Below, one piece after another: positions 25,871 through 40,650 of a stretch of DNA of 64,000 nucleotides. Under the pieces are notes generated by a model. That model was given only the letters and a program-made list of their open reading frames with translations. It ran no database searches and was not told the DNA's origin. Position numbers and translations under genes: made by a program. Origin of the DNA: Octopus vulgaris (Eukaryota); contig OX597817.1 of the NCBI GenBank assembly GCA_951406725.2, positions 82,770,001 through 82,834,000 on the forward strand, given 5' to 3'. The stretch's first letter is position 1; the number at the start of each line of letters is the position of its first letter.

Positions 25871-27230
25871 AAAAAGAGGGAATGCCCAATTAAGGGGGTT
25901 TGAGTTGTGAACAACATAGCATTTTTTCAGACATAGTGTATCTAGGACTTCCTTGTTAAATGTGCCTTTGTTTTTGCTTTTTAAGAGGGTAGTATGTAAA
26001 TAGAAAAATATTTAACTGTTATATCAAGCAAATCGAGTGGATGCACGCAAACAAGTTCTTTCGTTGGTCTGGTAAATTAGAGAAACAAAAATCAATAACA
26101 AGGTGAAATATTATTTCATTCGAAGAAAGATATAAAAATATCAGAATTTTTGGTAAAGAACTCATAATAATTGTTAATGACGCTTACTGGAGGTTTCAAA
26201 ATGGAACGAATAGCGTTCATTGGTGGATTAAAAATACGTCACTGACACATGGCTTTCATCGCGTTTTGTACGTCAAATATAAGAATGATGCACCAAATGA
26301 TAAATAAAGTGCGTGCATTGTAAAGTAGTATTTGGTAACGAGATTGAAAACAATAAATAAATAATCATGAATTGTAAAATTGATGTAAAATGAGAAAAAT
26401 CAGTAAAATCAATTGTAAAAAAAAAAAGAAGAAATGAATAACGAATGCAATGGAAATAAATTCTGCCACTTAACGAACACGAATTGTATTTTCTAAATAT
26501 TAATATTTCGTAGATGTCTGTTTCTTTTTTCTTTTCTGGCACTCAATGTTCTTAGTAAATTTCAATCGGTGTTGTTTAGCAGCTATTTATTACGATCACC
26601 GTCTGATCATGTAACTAAATAAAGCAACCCTTTCAGCGATTCATTACCATATAATAGTTTGTTCGTCATTAACGTAACTGTTCAATCAATACTATTCGAT
26701 GACTGATATTTATCCAGATTCATTCCATAAATAAATATTCAGGAATTATTTTGTTTCGTTTTATTTTGTTTGCACATTTAATGAATGTTAAGTTAAGGCG
26801 AGCGATTCTCTACATATTTATTTTTCGACCAGTTGTGTCTTTGTTCCGTTGTTTATTTCTCTTTTTTTTTTCCTCTACAATCAACTAATCAAATTCTAAC
26901 GGCAGTGAATTAGCGAATCAAGCAGTGCAGCAGATAAACATACCGGGTGGTAGGTAGTATTTCGTTAAGTTCAGCTTTAAAATCATCCTGCGGTGTTCGA
27001 CTTAACGTTTTATCTTTCCGGGATAAAGATAGCTTTGGCGTTGTTAGAATAGGCTACACCACTACAGGAAGTTTATGACTTTGCTCACATATTGTAAATA
27101 ATTCCATAGCAAGTTCTCCATTTTTGGTATTATGTAAAATTACACACACAAACAGATGCACACATATTAAGGAATACACTACATATATGCAGATACATTG
27201 ATTTATAATATAAGCACAATACTACAAATT

Positions 27231-27264
<34 letters not shown>

Positions 27265-28729
27265 TTGATCTATTAGATGTACCAAGGTACTTAACTGATA
27301 TTTCTATTTTTTCTATGACACTGGAAATATACAGAGGCAGAGTAACTGCGTCAGGATTTGAACTTAGAACATATCTAAATACCGCAAAGCATTTCGCTTG
27401 ACAATTTTGACAAACCACTACACCTGGTTATACAGTTTCCGGCAAAACTTCAACTATAACACAGGTGCTTGTGTGTGTGTGTATATATATGTTTGTGTGT
27501 GTGTGTGTGTGTGTGGTGGATTTATGTCGTTGACGATGGGGATTCAGTTGTTCGACCAACTGAATATTCTGCTCCTGAATGAGTGAGTATTCCGCAGGCA
27601 CGTGTTCTCTTGACAGAAATAGAATAATATAAACTACAATAATTAAAATAAATTATAATACTAATACAAGATCAAAAGAGAACATCTAAGTATTCATCCA
27701 TCATACGTAGGAACCGACTGGATAAACTCGGCCAATACATCTCACATCTCTTGCCTTTCATCCGACTGAGTTCTGGCGCATAACGTTTCAGCCTTCATTG
27801 GGGCTGATTGTTCGGGCTCAAAAAGACACAGACCGTATAGTAAGTTTATTTCTTTGCATCCGACAGGATTTCTCCCCGCTGTTCTTACTTGCTCCCCGTT
27901 TTCCTAGACGACAGAGATACTCAATTTTTTCTTTACTTGTTCCCGTATGTGATCGTTAAACAAAGTGATTACCTTGGTCTCTTTTACCGGGAAAATATCC
28001 ATGTTTCAATATTGTGTAGCGCGAATATTCAATAATCAACCGATATCGCGATTCGCGAGAATATTGCCCATATGATAAACATTTCTAACCAATCACGGCT
28101 TCGCCTAGAACTGGTTCCAGCAACAATCCCATCTTTACGGGCTTTTCTCTCTGGGCCGAAACATCAATATAAATTCAGCACACCTTGACGACTTAATAGA
28201 GAGCTTTGAGAGAACATTTATTGACGACCGACGGACGGCGAACGGACGCGGAGAGTTGCTGACCCAAGTTAATAACAACCACTATGAACGTTCAGCGGCA
28301 GCAACATAACGGACAGCAGCTAACTTTTTGACTGTTATTACAATTAAACCAAGTGTAATAACATTCAAACTCTCTCAACATTTTGTTGTTAAAGTAACGA
28401 CAGTATTTGTTTTTAATGTATGAAAAGAAAATTTTGTTTATCAGTAAACGCAACAGATTCCATCGTCTTCTTTGTCATAACAACTCTATATAGTGTATAA
28501 CCCCCGCAAAGGTTGTAGCCAAGAAAACAGCAGAAATGTCTTCGTTTGACAAAAAGTGTAAAGACACATCTGTGTCGTTGTTGACATTTCTATTGAAGGT
28601 ATTCAAACGTGCCTTTCCGTTGTTAGAATGTTGTTTTCTTCCTGTTATTGTTGAAGAGTGCTGCGTGCAATTAAGTTGTCAGTTTTCTTGTTTTAATTGG
28701 TGGGCAGATGCGTATAGAAGTAATAGTTT

Positions 28730-29150
28730 TTTTACTCTAGGCAAAAGATTAAGTATTTTGAAGAACAGGGATTAGTTAATTCCGCTGATTCCAATACTTG
28801 ATTGGAACTTTATTTTATCGATCTCAAATTGATGAAAGGCAAGGTCAACCTTGGCGGGATTGGAACCCAGAACGTAAACAACAAGAAAATAAATGACACA
28901 AGCATTTTTTCTGTCCCTCCCACGACTCTCCTAATATTGACACAAAATATATAGACAAAAGATCAGCAGTTTTAGGGGAGTGTGGGGTCTTTCACCCCTA
29001 CTACTTCCTTGTTAATTGATTTCATTTACCACCCAGGTTTGAAAAACAAAGTTGACTTCGGCGGAGTTTGAATTCTCAATATAAAGTGCCAGGAGAAATA
29101 CTGCAAGGCATGTTCCTGACGTCGTAGCGATTCTTCCAACTCATCACATC
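28730..29150 (-). mobile_element. Two diverged SINE family A copies
   Basis: GATGAAAGGCAAGGTCAACCTTGGCGG and AAAGTTGACTTCGGCGGAGTTTGAA. Confidence 0.6.
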
Positions 29151-30474
29151 AATAATAATTATTCTTAATCTAAGCACAAGTCGAAAGTCAAGTAATTTTG
29201 AGGTGAAATCTGTTAGTCGATTAAATCAATTCTACTATTTCACTGCTAATGTTTTAATCGACCCTCTGGGAGTTAAACTCATACTATAAATACAGTAAGG
29301 CACTTAGTTCAATGTTGTACCGTGTCTGAACACCATCTCTTTAAAAGTTTACTCGGAACGTAAAGCGACGAAACGAAATACAGTAAGATACTTTGTACGT
29401 TACCACATCGTTTTACTACAGCAAAATCGTGTTCTACAGCTCAATAATAAACAATAAAATAGCAAGTTTCAGTGGTGTTGAAATTTTAAAATAATCAAGA
29501 CTTTCATTGTATGTTAAAATATTGGATAAAAGTAAACAAATGATATCATAATAAAATATAAAATCCTGTGTATTGTTTTATATTCATGTTTACAGACGAA
29601 TACAGATTTTGTTTTTCAGAACGTAAGAAAATAAAAGCGATTGTGACACATAAACAATCAAGAAGATTAGCAGGTGGAAATATACTAGTTTATATATCAC
29701 GTTCCCATCATTATATTGACCTTTTAGACAACGAATAAAATCGTGTTTGTTCTGTCTGCCAGAAACCCCACCCCAGACAAATCTCTCTCAAATCAAACCA
29801 TATCATCTAAGGACAGCTCAGGTAATGTCCAAATAATAGACGAGAAAGTCACGATTAGAACGTCTCTTAGCATAGGTCTGCAGGATCAATGCTAACATAT
29901 TGTAATATAGTAACAGTAACAGCATATGCGTTAGATTACATATTTTGCGAATCAATTTATAACGAACAGTTCTGGTTGTAAGATTATGTACTTCAAACTA
30001 GTCTAGTTTGATGTACACAGCTTGATCACAGCTTCACATCTGCATAATCGTTAATAACTGGAAACAAATAATTGCCATCAATCCTGGTAATATTTTTTAT
30101 TTTACTAAGATAAGTTTGTTGGTTAAAAATGCGAAACAAAACCAAAACACAAATTAATTGTGCTGTTTGCTTACCATTACGCTTTTATTATATTTTCTTT
30201 ATGAATACATACTCACCCCCATACAAGAACGATCGTGTAGTGGGTAAATAAAGTTACACACCTTTAATATATATACAGAGGTGTGCCAGTGTGTGCATAT
30301 GAACATTATATAGGGAGAATAATTTACCGGTGAACAGAATCTTCAGCGTAGGTTCTAATCTTAACTGAGATATTTCATTTTATTCAATACTCTTATCAGG
30401 GATTTTCAGATATAGTCAAGCCTTGCCCTTCATATCTTCTGCATATTATATTCGTATTTATGCATGCATAGTTA

Positions 30475-30537
<63 letters not shown>

Positions 30538-32029
30538 ATACATACATACATACATACATACATACATACATACATACATACATACACACTTATATGTATG
30601 CATGTACGTATGCATTCATACATATTCAGCTATGTACACTTCCTTTTATATTATTGCAGAAATAATATTAACGAGTTATTAGTAGTTTCCCTTGAGTGTT
30701 AACAACTCGTCTGATAATACGCATCCTTACTCACTAATGATTTTCAATTATTTATTATTCACAGCTGTTTTAATTTTCCTCTCATTTTGAAAAAAAAAAC
30801 CAAACGAAAAAAAACCCAGCAAAAAACACAAACAAAATAAGAAACATATCTTAATCAACGATGCTACCACCGACAACAACAAGAAATAAAATCACATTCG
30901 TTATTTTTCTTCTTCATATATTTTTATTCTTCTAATTTATATTTATGACATCAATTACCCATTTTGTGGAGGTCGAATAGAGATTTGGTAGTGAAAATAC
31001 TATTCAGAGGATTATGGCCGGAAGTCAATTTCAGCAACAAGTCAACAGCTGTATTCAGTTCCAAGAGTAGTCTCGTGAAAAATGCGAAAATAACTCGATT
31101 CATTACAAAGACGTATTGCAAGTTAATTGCAAATCCTTTTGGTTACAAGTAACAGGCGTTAATTTTATTTCCCCCTTTATCGCGTCTCTTGTTCTGCTCG
31201 GCTTTTATTCTGTTAAGTCTTATAATCTTCAAACGGAGAATTAATTTATTTAGAGCAGTAAAACCAGTGGATTCATAAAAGCTGAATAGCTACCAAATAC
31301 TTGTCACTGGTGAATTATCCCACTTAGAAGTAGTGTACTTATTGATTCGATGCCAATCATATGATATCCATTGTTAGAGCAAAATATAATTTTGAGTTAT
31401 CACTGATTGGATTGATACTCCGACTACATTATAACTAATGAAGGTATTGCAAATGCAAACTCTATAAAAATGTTAACATGTACTTTGTATTTTAACAGTA
31501 TGGATTGTAAATAATCTACAAAAATAATTCATCATAAGTTCAATCATTCTATTTTTCTCACTCTCTTGCTGTTCAAATATTTTTGAAATTGGATGGATTT
31601 TTATTTATTTCACATTTTCTGTACAGGAATGTCCTTGGTGACAACTTACCAATTAGTTGAATCACTGGATCACAGTGGTTACAATAGTGAAAGTGGGGAT
31701 AAGAGATATGTTTGGAGTAAAACTAAAGCAGAATAAAAACACCCAAAATAGTTTCTTCTTTGAAAACACGAGTGAAAATGAAAATACGAATCATGATGCA
31801 TATTTTCTGTACAAGTGCTGTCTTTTAATTGGTGTAGTATGTAGTCAATGAAATGCCATATTCTAGAGGGATCTAAAATATATATCAATTAACACATCCT
31901 TCTTTTTCCAATTTTCCCGGTCACCATCAGACCTCAACAATGCTTATTTTGACGAAGTTGTTGAACTTATAATTCTTCATCACTTGTCACATCCCATCGT
32001 GCCAAACACGGTCAAAGGCCTTTTTTGAA

Positions 32030-32735
32030 ATGCTTCTCAACATCCTCCTGGAGAACATCATGCAAGAAAAACTTCAAGACCTCGACACCTCTGTTTCCAT
32101 TAGAGGACGGCCCATATTTAACCTGCCCTTTGCCGATGATATTGATCTTTTAGGAATCAATGAAGCAGAACTACAGCAGTTCACCACCAAATTGGCAAAA
32201 GCATCAAGAGCATGTGGGATGGAGATCAGCCCAGAAAAGAACAAGATCTTGGTTAATAGTAACAGCCAAAATACAGTGGCTAAACTTATGCTAAAAAGAA
32301 AAATATTTAACGAAGTGGACACCTTCAAGTACTTAGGATCAACTTTGACTAAAAATGGTATATTTAAAAAAAATTACAACAAAACTCAGTTTAGCTTCTA
32401 TCATGATGAACCTGAACAGCATATGGGATAGCAATTCCATTAGGTTTCCAACAAGGCTCAGGTTTTCAACAAGACGTCTTGCACAGGTAAAAAGACGTAA
32501 GTTTGCCTGATAGGTCATGTATTCCGCTACAATTCCCATTTCCAAAACCGCCCTTCAGTGCACTGTTGAGGGTGGGCGGAAGAAAGGGACATCAGGCACT
32601 TGACAAGTTACATCACTGCAATCCAGCTTCGCATGACAGAGAAGAGCGACCAGTGGCGACGACTGACTACGAAAGCATCCAGAGTGGCATCCCTACGACT
32701 GGTTGCATCAGTTAAGGGATCTTGATGATGATGAC
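32030..32735 (+). mobile_element. RTE-clade LINE fragment (RT C-terminal half plus 3' end)
   Basis: ORF 32030-32431 with GRPIFNLPFADDIDLLG...GMEISPEKNKILV...FKYLGS; short (GAT)n tail. Confidence 0.8.
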
Positions 32736-34254
32736 AATGATATATCCATCCAAATTATCCAAAGTTGGGTCACATATTATATGATATTCTTTACTCATCA
32801 TATTAGCAATATTGTTATGTATGAATATGGGGGCATAGAATAGTTCTCGATATTCATTTTATCAGACTCTCATTCGGCTGCTGTAAGGATTTTATTTTCT
32901 CATCTTTAGATTTATAATCATGTGTAAATTATCAACGAGTGGCATGTTCGTAGATACTCTAATTATATGCTTGATATCTTTGGATGCACTAATTAGATCG
33001 TTTGTAGATTTATTTAATTGGTGGCCATTAGAATTAATTAGCAACACTTTGATAACCAAATTTGTATTGAATGTGTTATTTCTTTTCACAGATAGACTAA
33101 ACGTTTAACATTTCTGTGTGAAATAAACTAATCTTTCCGTGAAATTTTATCATTGGTGTTAATGAGCTCCAGATGACATGGTACACATATAACTGAAAGG
33201 GTAGAGTTGTGACGACCCATTATTTTTTGTTTCCCAGGCTATACCTCATTAAAGGTCTCTTTTTTAAAGTTACAATTAGACAGAGATTTGGCTGCTATGT
33301 CTACCATACAGTGATACCACAGAAACACTCATTGTCAGCTTATTAAATTTAATATGCAATTGTGGTGTTTAGTTTTAGTTTGAATTTAAACAAATTGATG
33401 TTCAATATTGAATTATACGGTTTAATTCCTTCAAACTATTCAAACTTCAAAGTAACTCATTTAGCGAAAGTTATCCCCATCCCAATGTAATTATTTACGA
33501 TCGGTTGCTCGGATACATGTAATTCGGTTTTGTTTTTACGTTGGTCAGAGAAATCAATAAAAAATTCAATTAGAGAGAATCCAAAGCAATGCAATGAGCA
33601 TTTTTGTGTAATTTCATTCAAGGCCTAATCAAGAATATTTTAATATCTTGCACCTAAATGGTGCGAGATATTAACATATGTTTAGTTATAGAAGATGAAC
33701 GCAGGAAAATTAGTATGGATAAAATTTTTTTGAAAATTTTTAGAAACAGCTATTATAAATTTATTAAAATGCAGGAAATTATCAATTAAAATGCAGGTAA
33801 ATATCAATTTAGCTATCTAGAGGTCCATGAAATCAGTGAAATACATTCGCCGGAGTTAATATTGAAGAAATTATACAGAAATTCATAAACGACAAAATAG
33901 ACTCTACGATGTTTTCCAGCAAATGTGTTATAATGTTAGTATAAAGGTAACAGTTTTTGCCAGAATGAATTGTTCTGAAAATGTATGATCGGCACACACT
34001 TATTGCTCATTTATCAGCAGAACTGGCACAAGTAGAACTATATGCACCGATAAACATTTAGTAAAATTGTTTAATATAAAATTTATTATCTAATAATATT
34101 ACAATATAGACAAGGGAAATGGATTGGGTTCTCAGTATTTTTCCTGGCGCATCGATAAAATAAATATCCCTTAAATACTCCAGCAGATGCAACCAAATGC
34201 TACTTCTGAAATATATTAACTTTAGTTTAAGTGAAAAATTAGTGTTATAATTGT

Positions 34255-34460
34255 TTTTGAGTCCGGAGCAAGACTAGCAATTTTTAAGGTAGGGGCTTCG
34301 TCGATAACATCAAACCCAGGATTTGGCTTTCATCTTCTCCAAAGGGAGGAAAATCAATGTTGATATTGGCGCAATTAGAACGCAAAACATTAAGAGTAGG
34401 AAGAAACACCGTAATGCATTTTGTCCGACGTCTTAACAATTCTGCCAGCTCGCAGCCTTA
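34255..34460 (-). mobile_element. Diverged SINE family A
   Basis: Head AATTCTGCCAGCTCGCAGCC at the right end. Confidence 0.55.
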
Positions 34461-35790
34461 GAAATCAATATTATATGTATTAGCAGTCAAATTGTGCAGG
34501 TCTGATCTCAGTATCTTACAAAAATACATAATATATTTGATTATTTACGGATTGATCTACCGATCACTATTTAGCTTGTAGTGTTGCATTCATCCTCACT
34601 ACTGTTGTGAGCCTTCTAATGAATATATTATAGTATATCATACGCAATTATAATACCAGGACAAAGTTATGACTTTATGAGTATATATGTGAAGAATAAT
34701 TTTACTAGATTTATCAAATTTGAAAGAGGAGAAATAATATCCCCCCCCCCCCCACCGTTAGCCTGGAACCTCTGTGACTCTCTTTAACGTATGGAATTTG
34801 TACTGGAAAATTTGTCTTCACGACTCGGGCTGAGGCAAGATATTTTTTACGAAGAATAGTGGTTGCTCTTGCAGGCGTACTTCTTCCTTCCACGCCACCA
34901 AAATTGTTCAAGAAAAAGGCAAGTATCGATAAAGCTCAGCATCAGTGTCAGCACTGGCGTTGCCACCAAGAAACAAAAGGCCCAAACAAAAACCTAAAAG
35001 CAATACATAATACCACCACTTTACAGCCATGGACATGTACATTATTCATTGGCTCCCAAAGGATTAAAATCAAAGTTGGTCTCAGCGGGGTTCAAACTCA
35101 TAGAGCAGAGAAATGGAACAAATAGTTAAGATAAAAAAAAAAATTAACATAGTGTTTAAAACGACCCTTTCAATAGTTGGTCCTAGCAATGTATTTGACA
35201 CTTTCACACTTATAAACACACATTTAAATATAAAAGAACAAAGAATCACATATAAAAACAACAACAACATATATTCATATATTCAGAGAATACGAAACAT
35301 ATATTTATGCATTTTTAAAATGAAAGTAACGGATGTTGGTGACGGACAATAAATAAATAAATTGGCTTAACTTAATAAACATCGTGATTCGTTGACTCAA
35401 TTTACAATATATTCAGATGAAAAATTTATGTCATTATATTCAAAAGATTCTCTCCAAATATAACTCAAAATATTTTTGTATCCATGTAAGTATTTTATCC
35501 TATTGGATATGGATTTATGCAGGTTAGTGTATAATTTCCTAAATTTAGGTATGTATTGCTTCCATTAGAATAATAGTATTTTCGGCAAATGATAATTATC
35601 TAGTGTTGAAATTCAGAATGACTTTTTTTTTCTAGATACGTAACAAAGTCGAAATATGTATGTGCATAACACAACCATTCACATGCAATAGAACAAAGGT
35701 ATACACACATATAAACAAAAACTCACATGGACAGAGACATAGGAGAAATATATTCTTTTTGTTGTTATCTTGCTTTCATACTTCACTTGC

Positions 35791-35849
<59 letters not shown>

Positions 35850-36249
35850 AGTGTGCGCGTGAGTGTGTGATTGTGTATAAATATATGAATGCAAGTGATA
35901 CGAACATGAAATTCCAGTATGTCAATTTTGTCATGCTTCTGGTAAAATGCCCGCATTTACTATTCTATCGTAATTTAACAAATACATTGCATACTAATAC
36001 TCTGTATTTTACCAAAAACAAACTAAAAGAGGAACAAAAGAAAAACCCATTCAACATTAGACAGGCAACTTCCAATTGCATATACCGCAGATTATAAGAA
36101 CAAATTTTCTCATAGCTACTTAATATTAACATGCAGTATTGGACTAAAAAAGGAAAAAAGAATAATACAGTTTTATTGGCTTTATCTGTGTGTGTATACA
36201 CACACACACACACAGACACGCACACATATACATATATATACATATACTG

Positions 36250-36700
36250 TCTCCTTCATAATCTCGTCTTCCTCGCGTTCAAAATAATTTTTCTATTGTC
36301 TTGGTTTAACAACTATCACTTTGCTTTTACTGTTTTGTTTTCAGTGTCCTGTTCTTGTTACCACTTTCACCCTCCGCAAAAATTCCTATTATTATTATTT
36401 AATTTGCTTTGCGGGAAGGACTGTTTCAACGAAGTGGCGTCTTGCCCTTGCCCTCGGAACGTGGAGTAGATGAAACAGGGACAACTGAAGAAGGGGAATA
36501 TTCTTTATGTTGTATGTCTCGTTTCTCTGTTTTTTTCGCTGTTCGAAAAAAGTTTGTTTCTATGTTTTTGCTTTTATGTTTTCGTTTCTCATTGTGTTCA
36601 ACGTTTTTCTGATGTCATGTACCCATATATGCATGTATATATACATATATATGTAGGTATGTACATATATGTATGTATATATGCATATATATATATATAT
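36250..36700 (+). repeat. TA-associated dispersed repeat (family of 9076 and 57603)
   Basis: GGAGTAGATGAAACAGGGACAACTGAAGAAGGGG...TTTCTCATTGTGTTCAACG. Confidence 0.7.
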
Positions 36701-36709
36701 ATATGTATT

Positions 36710-37129
36710 AATATTTCTAAGTCTCTCTAAAGGAGACTACGTCAGCGGTACTGGATATTGATAGTTATCGCCAAGCTAATATGGCAATCCAGAAATATAG
36801 GACAAATGCTGCCGTTGATTAGCTTCAAGAGGCCATCGCCTCTAGCTAGCAAAGTGACACACGAACCTGTGTCCATTATAATCTTCAAACAGGGGAGGTC
36901 AGCAGCTTCCCCTTGCAGATTAGGTGTCTGCAGACTAGTTTCAGTGTATTTGCCCCTTATCAATGCAGAGCAGCCGAACCCAGCAGGCGTCGCTACTGAC
37001 CGTCTGTCCGAAGGATTATTTACCTAAATTCAGTGGAATACATCCATTGGTTTTCAAAAATAGAAATATCAATATTTCTAAGTCTCTCTAAAGGAGACTA
37101 CGGCAGCAGTACATGATATTAATAGTTAT
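36710..37129 (-). mobile_element. Direct-repeat-bounded non-coding insert with a decayed HHR
   Basis: 59-bp direct repeats 36710-36768 and 37071-37129 (offset 361); minus strand 36968-36928 reads CTGCA-TTGATAA-GGGGCAAATACACT-GAAA-CTAG-TC-TGCAG. Confidence 0.6.
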
Positions 37130-37185
37130 ATATATATATATATATATACATATAACCAAAAATAAGCAACAAGAATGGATCCGGT

Positions 37186-37276
37186 AATTTAGTACAATTG
37201 TTTCATACTATAACAATTTATTAAAGCTGCAAATATTACAGCAGATATAATATGTCAAGTAATCTTCAGCTAATTT
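37186..37276 (-). ncRNA. Type I hammerhead ribozyme with intact core
   Basis: Minus strand: AAATTAG-CTGAAGA-TTACTTGACA...TGTTATAGTAT-GAAA-CAATTG-TA-CTAAATT; palindromic stem III ACAATTGT, GUA triplet. Confidence 0.75.
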
Positions 37277-37548
37277 CATATAGGTTTTCCAATAATGTAA
37301 AGTTCTCAAATCAATTAGTAACATCCTAAAGAAGGTAAATATACCGATAAAGCTGTAGATATGAATTTCAGGAACTTGAAATAGGATGCTAAGCAGACCA
37401 AAATTAAGTTCACATAGGTTTTCCAACAATGTAAAGTTCCCAAATCAAATTGTAACATCCTAGAGAAGGTAAATATACCGATAAAGTTGTAGATATGAAT
37501 TTCAGGAACATGAAGAAAGATGCCAAGCAGACCAATATTAAGTTCACA
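37277..37548. repeat. 134-bp tandem duplication directly upstream (minus strand) of the HHR
   Basis: CA(T/C)ATAGGTTTTCCAA...GCAGACCAA.ATTAAGTT at 37277 and 37411. Confidence 0.85.
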
Positions 37549-37568
37549 GCTAACCCCACAGCTAACAG

Positions 37569-37613
<45 letters not shown>

Positions 37614-37751
37614 TGTGTGTGTGTTTGTGTGTGCGTGTGTTTTTGTTCGCAGTAAACTGATAGTTAACTAATGATGACTCAAGAACACACAGACATATAC
37701 ATACATACATACAATCTACATATATATTTATAAACAATATATGTATAAATT

Positions 37752-37979
37752 GAGTTAAACGCAGGTGTTATTCAAATCTATATACCTCCGACATATGTTT
37801 CAAAGAAAACATTAGTATTATTCCTGAAACAGCATGTTGGTGTGTTTTGTTTTTCTTGTTTCCCTAACGAGATGATTACATTGTTTTACACCATTTTATT
37901 TCCTCAGGAATAATACCAATATTTTCTTCGAAACATATGTCGGAAGTATAAAGATTTGAATAACACCTGCGTTTAACTC
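37752..37979. repeat. About 75-bp inverted repeat with a decayed HHR motif in each arm
   Basis: 37752-37826 is the reverse complement of 37905-37979; right side reads TTTC-CTCAGGA-...-GAAA-CATATG-TC-GGAA. Confidence 0.75.
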
Positions 37980-38761
37980 CATTACTTAATTTATCTATGA
38001 TATTTCGAAAACGTTTCAATAAACCCTGGAATTTCTACCTTTATAAGTAGGGTACAACATCCTTGGCACTTATGTGAATCTTTGCTACCCTGGTAAGTAT
38101 TTATTTATTTTTTCGGTGTTATTCGCTCACATTAAAAATTACACAAACATATATATATATATATATGCACACGTCATTACATTAATTTTATAGGCACACT
38201 ACACAAAGACACACATACAACACACAGAGACACACATGTTTTCACCTTACCATATTGCGTAGTTTTGTATTTTATTCAATTTCCAAGACACTTTCCTTTC
38301 TCTCTCATTCCCTCGTGGCTCTGTCTGCGTAGGCTAGAGAGTAAATTTTGGAATTTCAACTGAAATGAACATTCAATTTTTAAATGGATTTATGTCTGTA
38401 TTTTAACGAAATATAATGGATCTATAATAATTTTTCACCAGTACCCTGCTTTATAAGAAACATAGGCCAAGAAAATTCTTTTCGGAATAATCATGCAACG
38501 AAAATGTTCAGATGAAATAAAATATAAGGTGAGGTAAAAGTTTTTGACTTGGTTCGTAAATTTATATTTAATGAGTGTTTAAATTAAAATTAATGAATGA
38601 TGACTTTGAGTTGGGATTACAATTAGTTTGGTGACTTTGTGCATTAGGAATTACTGTCTTGCATGGCAACAGAGCTTAGGTCGAAAACTTTCATAGCGAT
38701 GCGGATATGCCAAACCGAATATTGACCGTGTGACTTTAAAAGTTTGTGGACTTGATTCTTT

Positions 38762-38950
38762 CAGAAGCCAAATGTATTTCGACAATAGAGTTGCAAATTT
38801 TCTTTCCCACTTAATAAAGGAATAATTGACCGATAAATCTGAAAATTAGGCTTCTCTCTCTCAGAAGTCAAATTTATTTCGACAAAGTAGTCGCAGCATT
38901 TCTTTCACAGTGAATAAAGGCATAATTGCAATGATAAATCTGCCAATTAA
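38762..38950. repeat. Diverged direct repeat, period about 100 bp
   Basis: CAGAAG.CAAAT.TATTTCGACAA...AATAAAGG.ATAATTG...GATAAATCTG at 38762 and 38862. Confidence 0.7.
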
Positions 38951-39444
38951 AATTTTACTCAATTAATCCAATGTAAAACTTCATCACGCGAGAGTATCTT
39001 AGCACAGAATACCAATAACTCCACCAGTCAATTATCGTCCAGGAAGAAGTTATCTCGATCGACACATTTACCTCCTGTACATGTACAATTTGAACAAATT
39101 ATGCTAGAATGCAGGATGGAAAGTGCAGGACTTTTATATGAAGAATAATTCAACATGATAAAATTATTATTGGAGAATGGTATTTGTGGTGCGGTTAAAG
39201 TGAATATAAAGATAAATTAAGAACCGCTTATGCAATGTTTTTTGTTTTTCAGTATTTAAACGGGACGCAGGTTTTATACATTTTGTTTTTCACTTGGGTA
39301 TTTAAATCCAGATAGATACTGTATTACATAAGGAAAATGTGCTGCTATTGACGGTTGTGTTATAATCATTAAAGGTACTAACGAATGTTCTTCTGAGAAT
39401 TTGTGACTACTAATATTAAGGATTAAATTACGTGAAGTATGTTT

Positions 39445-40350
<906 letters not shown>

Positions 40351-40569
40351 GTTTAAGTCTTACTAAATAAATTTAGATCACGTCAACTCACATTTCTTGA
40401 TACTACGAAACAATCGTCTCTATAAATACCGCCTTTTCAGGCGTCGTTCACCTATAATGTCAAGAATTGTGTGTGTGATGTTCAAAGCTTTGGGAAGAAC
40501 AGTGATCTAATAATGTCTATGCAGACATCTTGAGCAGCAGATTTACGAAACGTGGATTTAATATGAATT

Positions 40570-40650
40570 ACTAGATTACATTACAGTGTAAAACACTGTA
40601 ATGAAGAAGAAGATTACATTACAGTGTAAAACACTGTAATGTAATCTAGT
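40570..40650. repeat. Nested double palindrome
   Basis: ACTAGATTACATTACAGTGT-AAA-ACACTGTAATG-AAGAAGAA-GATTACATTACAGTGT-AAA-ACACTGTAATGTAATCTAGT. Confidence 0.85.

Noticed and set aside
30360-30402. HHR-like string on the minus strand (CTGATAA...GAAATATCTC)
   Set aside because: Stems I and III do not pair convincingly
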